In this document: positions 29,130-29,859 of the stretch, one piece after another
How the letters are laid out: the number at the start of each line of letters is the position of its first letter
Position numbering within the stretch: position 1 is the first letter of the stretch
Assembly (NCBI GenBank): GCA_046485285.1
Contig: JAWOHE010000033.1
Span: forward strand, 1-29,859
Reading direction: 5' to 3'
Length of the DNA: 29,859 nucleotides
Source of the DNA: a bacterium
Lineage (GTDB): Bacteria; Hydrothermota; Tepidihabitantia; Tepidihabitantales; Tepidihabitantaceae
Program-made: the position numbers and the translations under genes
Notes under the pieces: model-generated
What the model saw: only the letters and a program-made list of their open reading frames with translations
The model's database searches: none
Told to the model about the DNA's origin: nothing

Positions 29130-29274
29130 CCCTCACGCCGGGCGGGCCGCGCCCGGGGTCCACCTCGTCGGCCGACAGGGCACCGGCGAGTCGGCCGGGC
29201 TGGTGCTGGTCGAACAGGCCCGAGGGCCGGTCGCCCCTTCGAGGCCGGCCCGGCCGCGACGGTGAGATCTTCTC

Positions 29275-29303
29275 TTGACACGGGGGGGCATCCTGCCTAA
29301 CCT
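29275..29303 (+). promoter_or_regulatory. sigma70-like promoter
   Basis: TTGACA-N17-TAACCT. Confidence 0.6.
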
Positions 29304-29515
29304 GTTCCCGACGGCAGGGCTTGAGTCGCGACGGCTCCGTGGCTCAGACGGACCGCGTCCCTGCCGAATCGGTAGAGGGCTGCGCAGTCCGGGCTGGGCG
29401 TCCGGCGAGGAGGAACGATGAGAGTGCGGATGTCAGTAAGTGCGGGGGGGGGCGGCACTTAGCCTTGACCGGCCCTGACCTCTCCGCGAGTCCCGCGGGC
29501 CGAAGGGAGGACACG

Positions 29516-29859
29516 ATGGTCCGATTCCTGCTGATTCCAACGATTGTCGTTCTGCTCGCGCTGGCGTTGCCTGCGCTCGGGCAGGACTCGCTCAACTGCC
29601 GGCAGGTCGGGCTCTGGCCGGGTGACCGGGGCGGCGAACCGGAAGGCCACTCGGTCGTCCTCGACCCGGACCGGGGCCTTGCATTCCTTGGGATGGACAG
29701 TACGCGGATCGGCGACGAGAAGGTCAGGGGCGCGTACGTGCTGGATGTCAGCAATCCGTCGGAGCCCCGGATGCTCTCGGCGATACGCCCGGTCAACGGC
29801 AATCCCGTCACCGGGCTCGCTCTCGCGTCGAACCGGCTGTACCTCGGCAGCGAGGCGGA
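29516..29859 (+). CDS. Secreted LVIVD-repeat-like protein (3' truncated by window edge; absent from the ORF track)
   Basis: ATG after GGGAGG; MVRFLLIPTIVVLLALALPALGQDSLNCRQVG...AYVLDVSNPSEPRMLS...NRLYLG; open to the end of the window. Confidence 0.8.
   Translation, partial: MVRFLLIPTIVVLLALALPALGQDSLNCRQVGLWPGDRGGEPEGHSVVLDPDRGLAFLGMDSTRIGDEKVRGAYVLDVSNPSEPRMLSAIRPVNGNPVTGLALASNRLYLGSEA

Noticed and set aside
29130-29270. GC-rich hairpins after the TPR gene as an ncRNA
   Set aside because: Only short stems expected by chance at this GC content; no promoter, U tract or known motif.

Overview
High-GC bacterial chromosomal window, mostly housekeeping and secreted-protein genes. A diderm is inferred from the TonB-dependent receptor, and the C-terminal Ig-like tails resemble those of FCB-related lineages such as WOR-3 (inference only). 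Order: 3' end of an IS3-family element; a cluster of REP-like palindromes; M14 carboxypeptidase; xerC; a beta-propeller surface protein; tRNA-Sec (selC); a minus-strand run of FG-GAP protein, birA, coaX, tsaB; tRNA-Arg(CCU), TPR protein, SxxS thioredoxin-like lipoprotein, guaB; a minus-strand acs, OFA-type MFS, malic enzyme operon; a SAM methyltransferase; an Asp-box beta-propeller gene, TonB-dependent receptor, DUF4175-like protein, TPR protein; and the start of an LVIVD-repeat gene. Main finding: ORFs 19161..20543 and 20730..21515 share one frame, separated only by a single TGA (20541-20543). The Asp-box repeats continue across it, a SECIS-like hairpin follows, and tRNA-Sec lies in the same window. 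This points to a 734-aa secreted beta-propeller selenoprotein outside the selenoprotein families I know. A nonsense mutation or sequencing error cannot be excluded without homologs.
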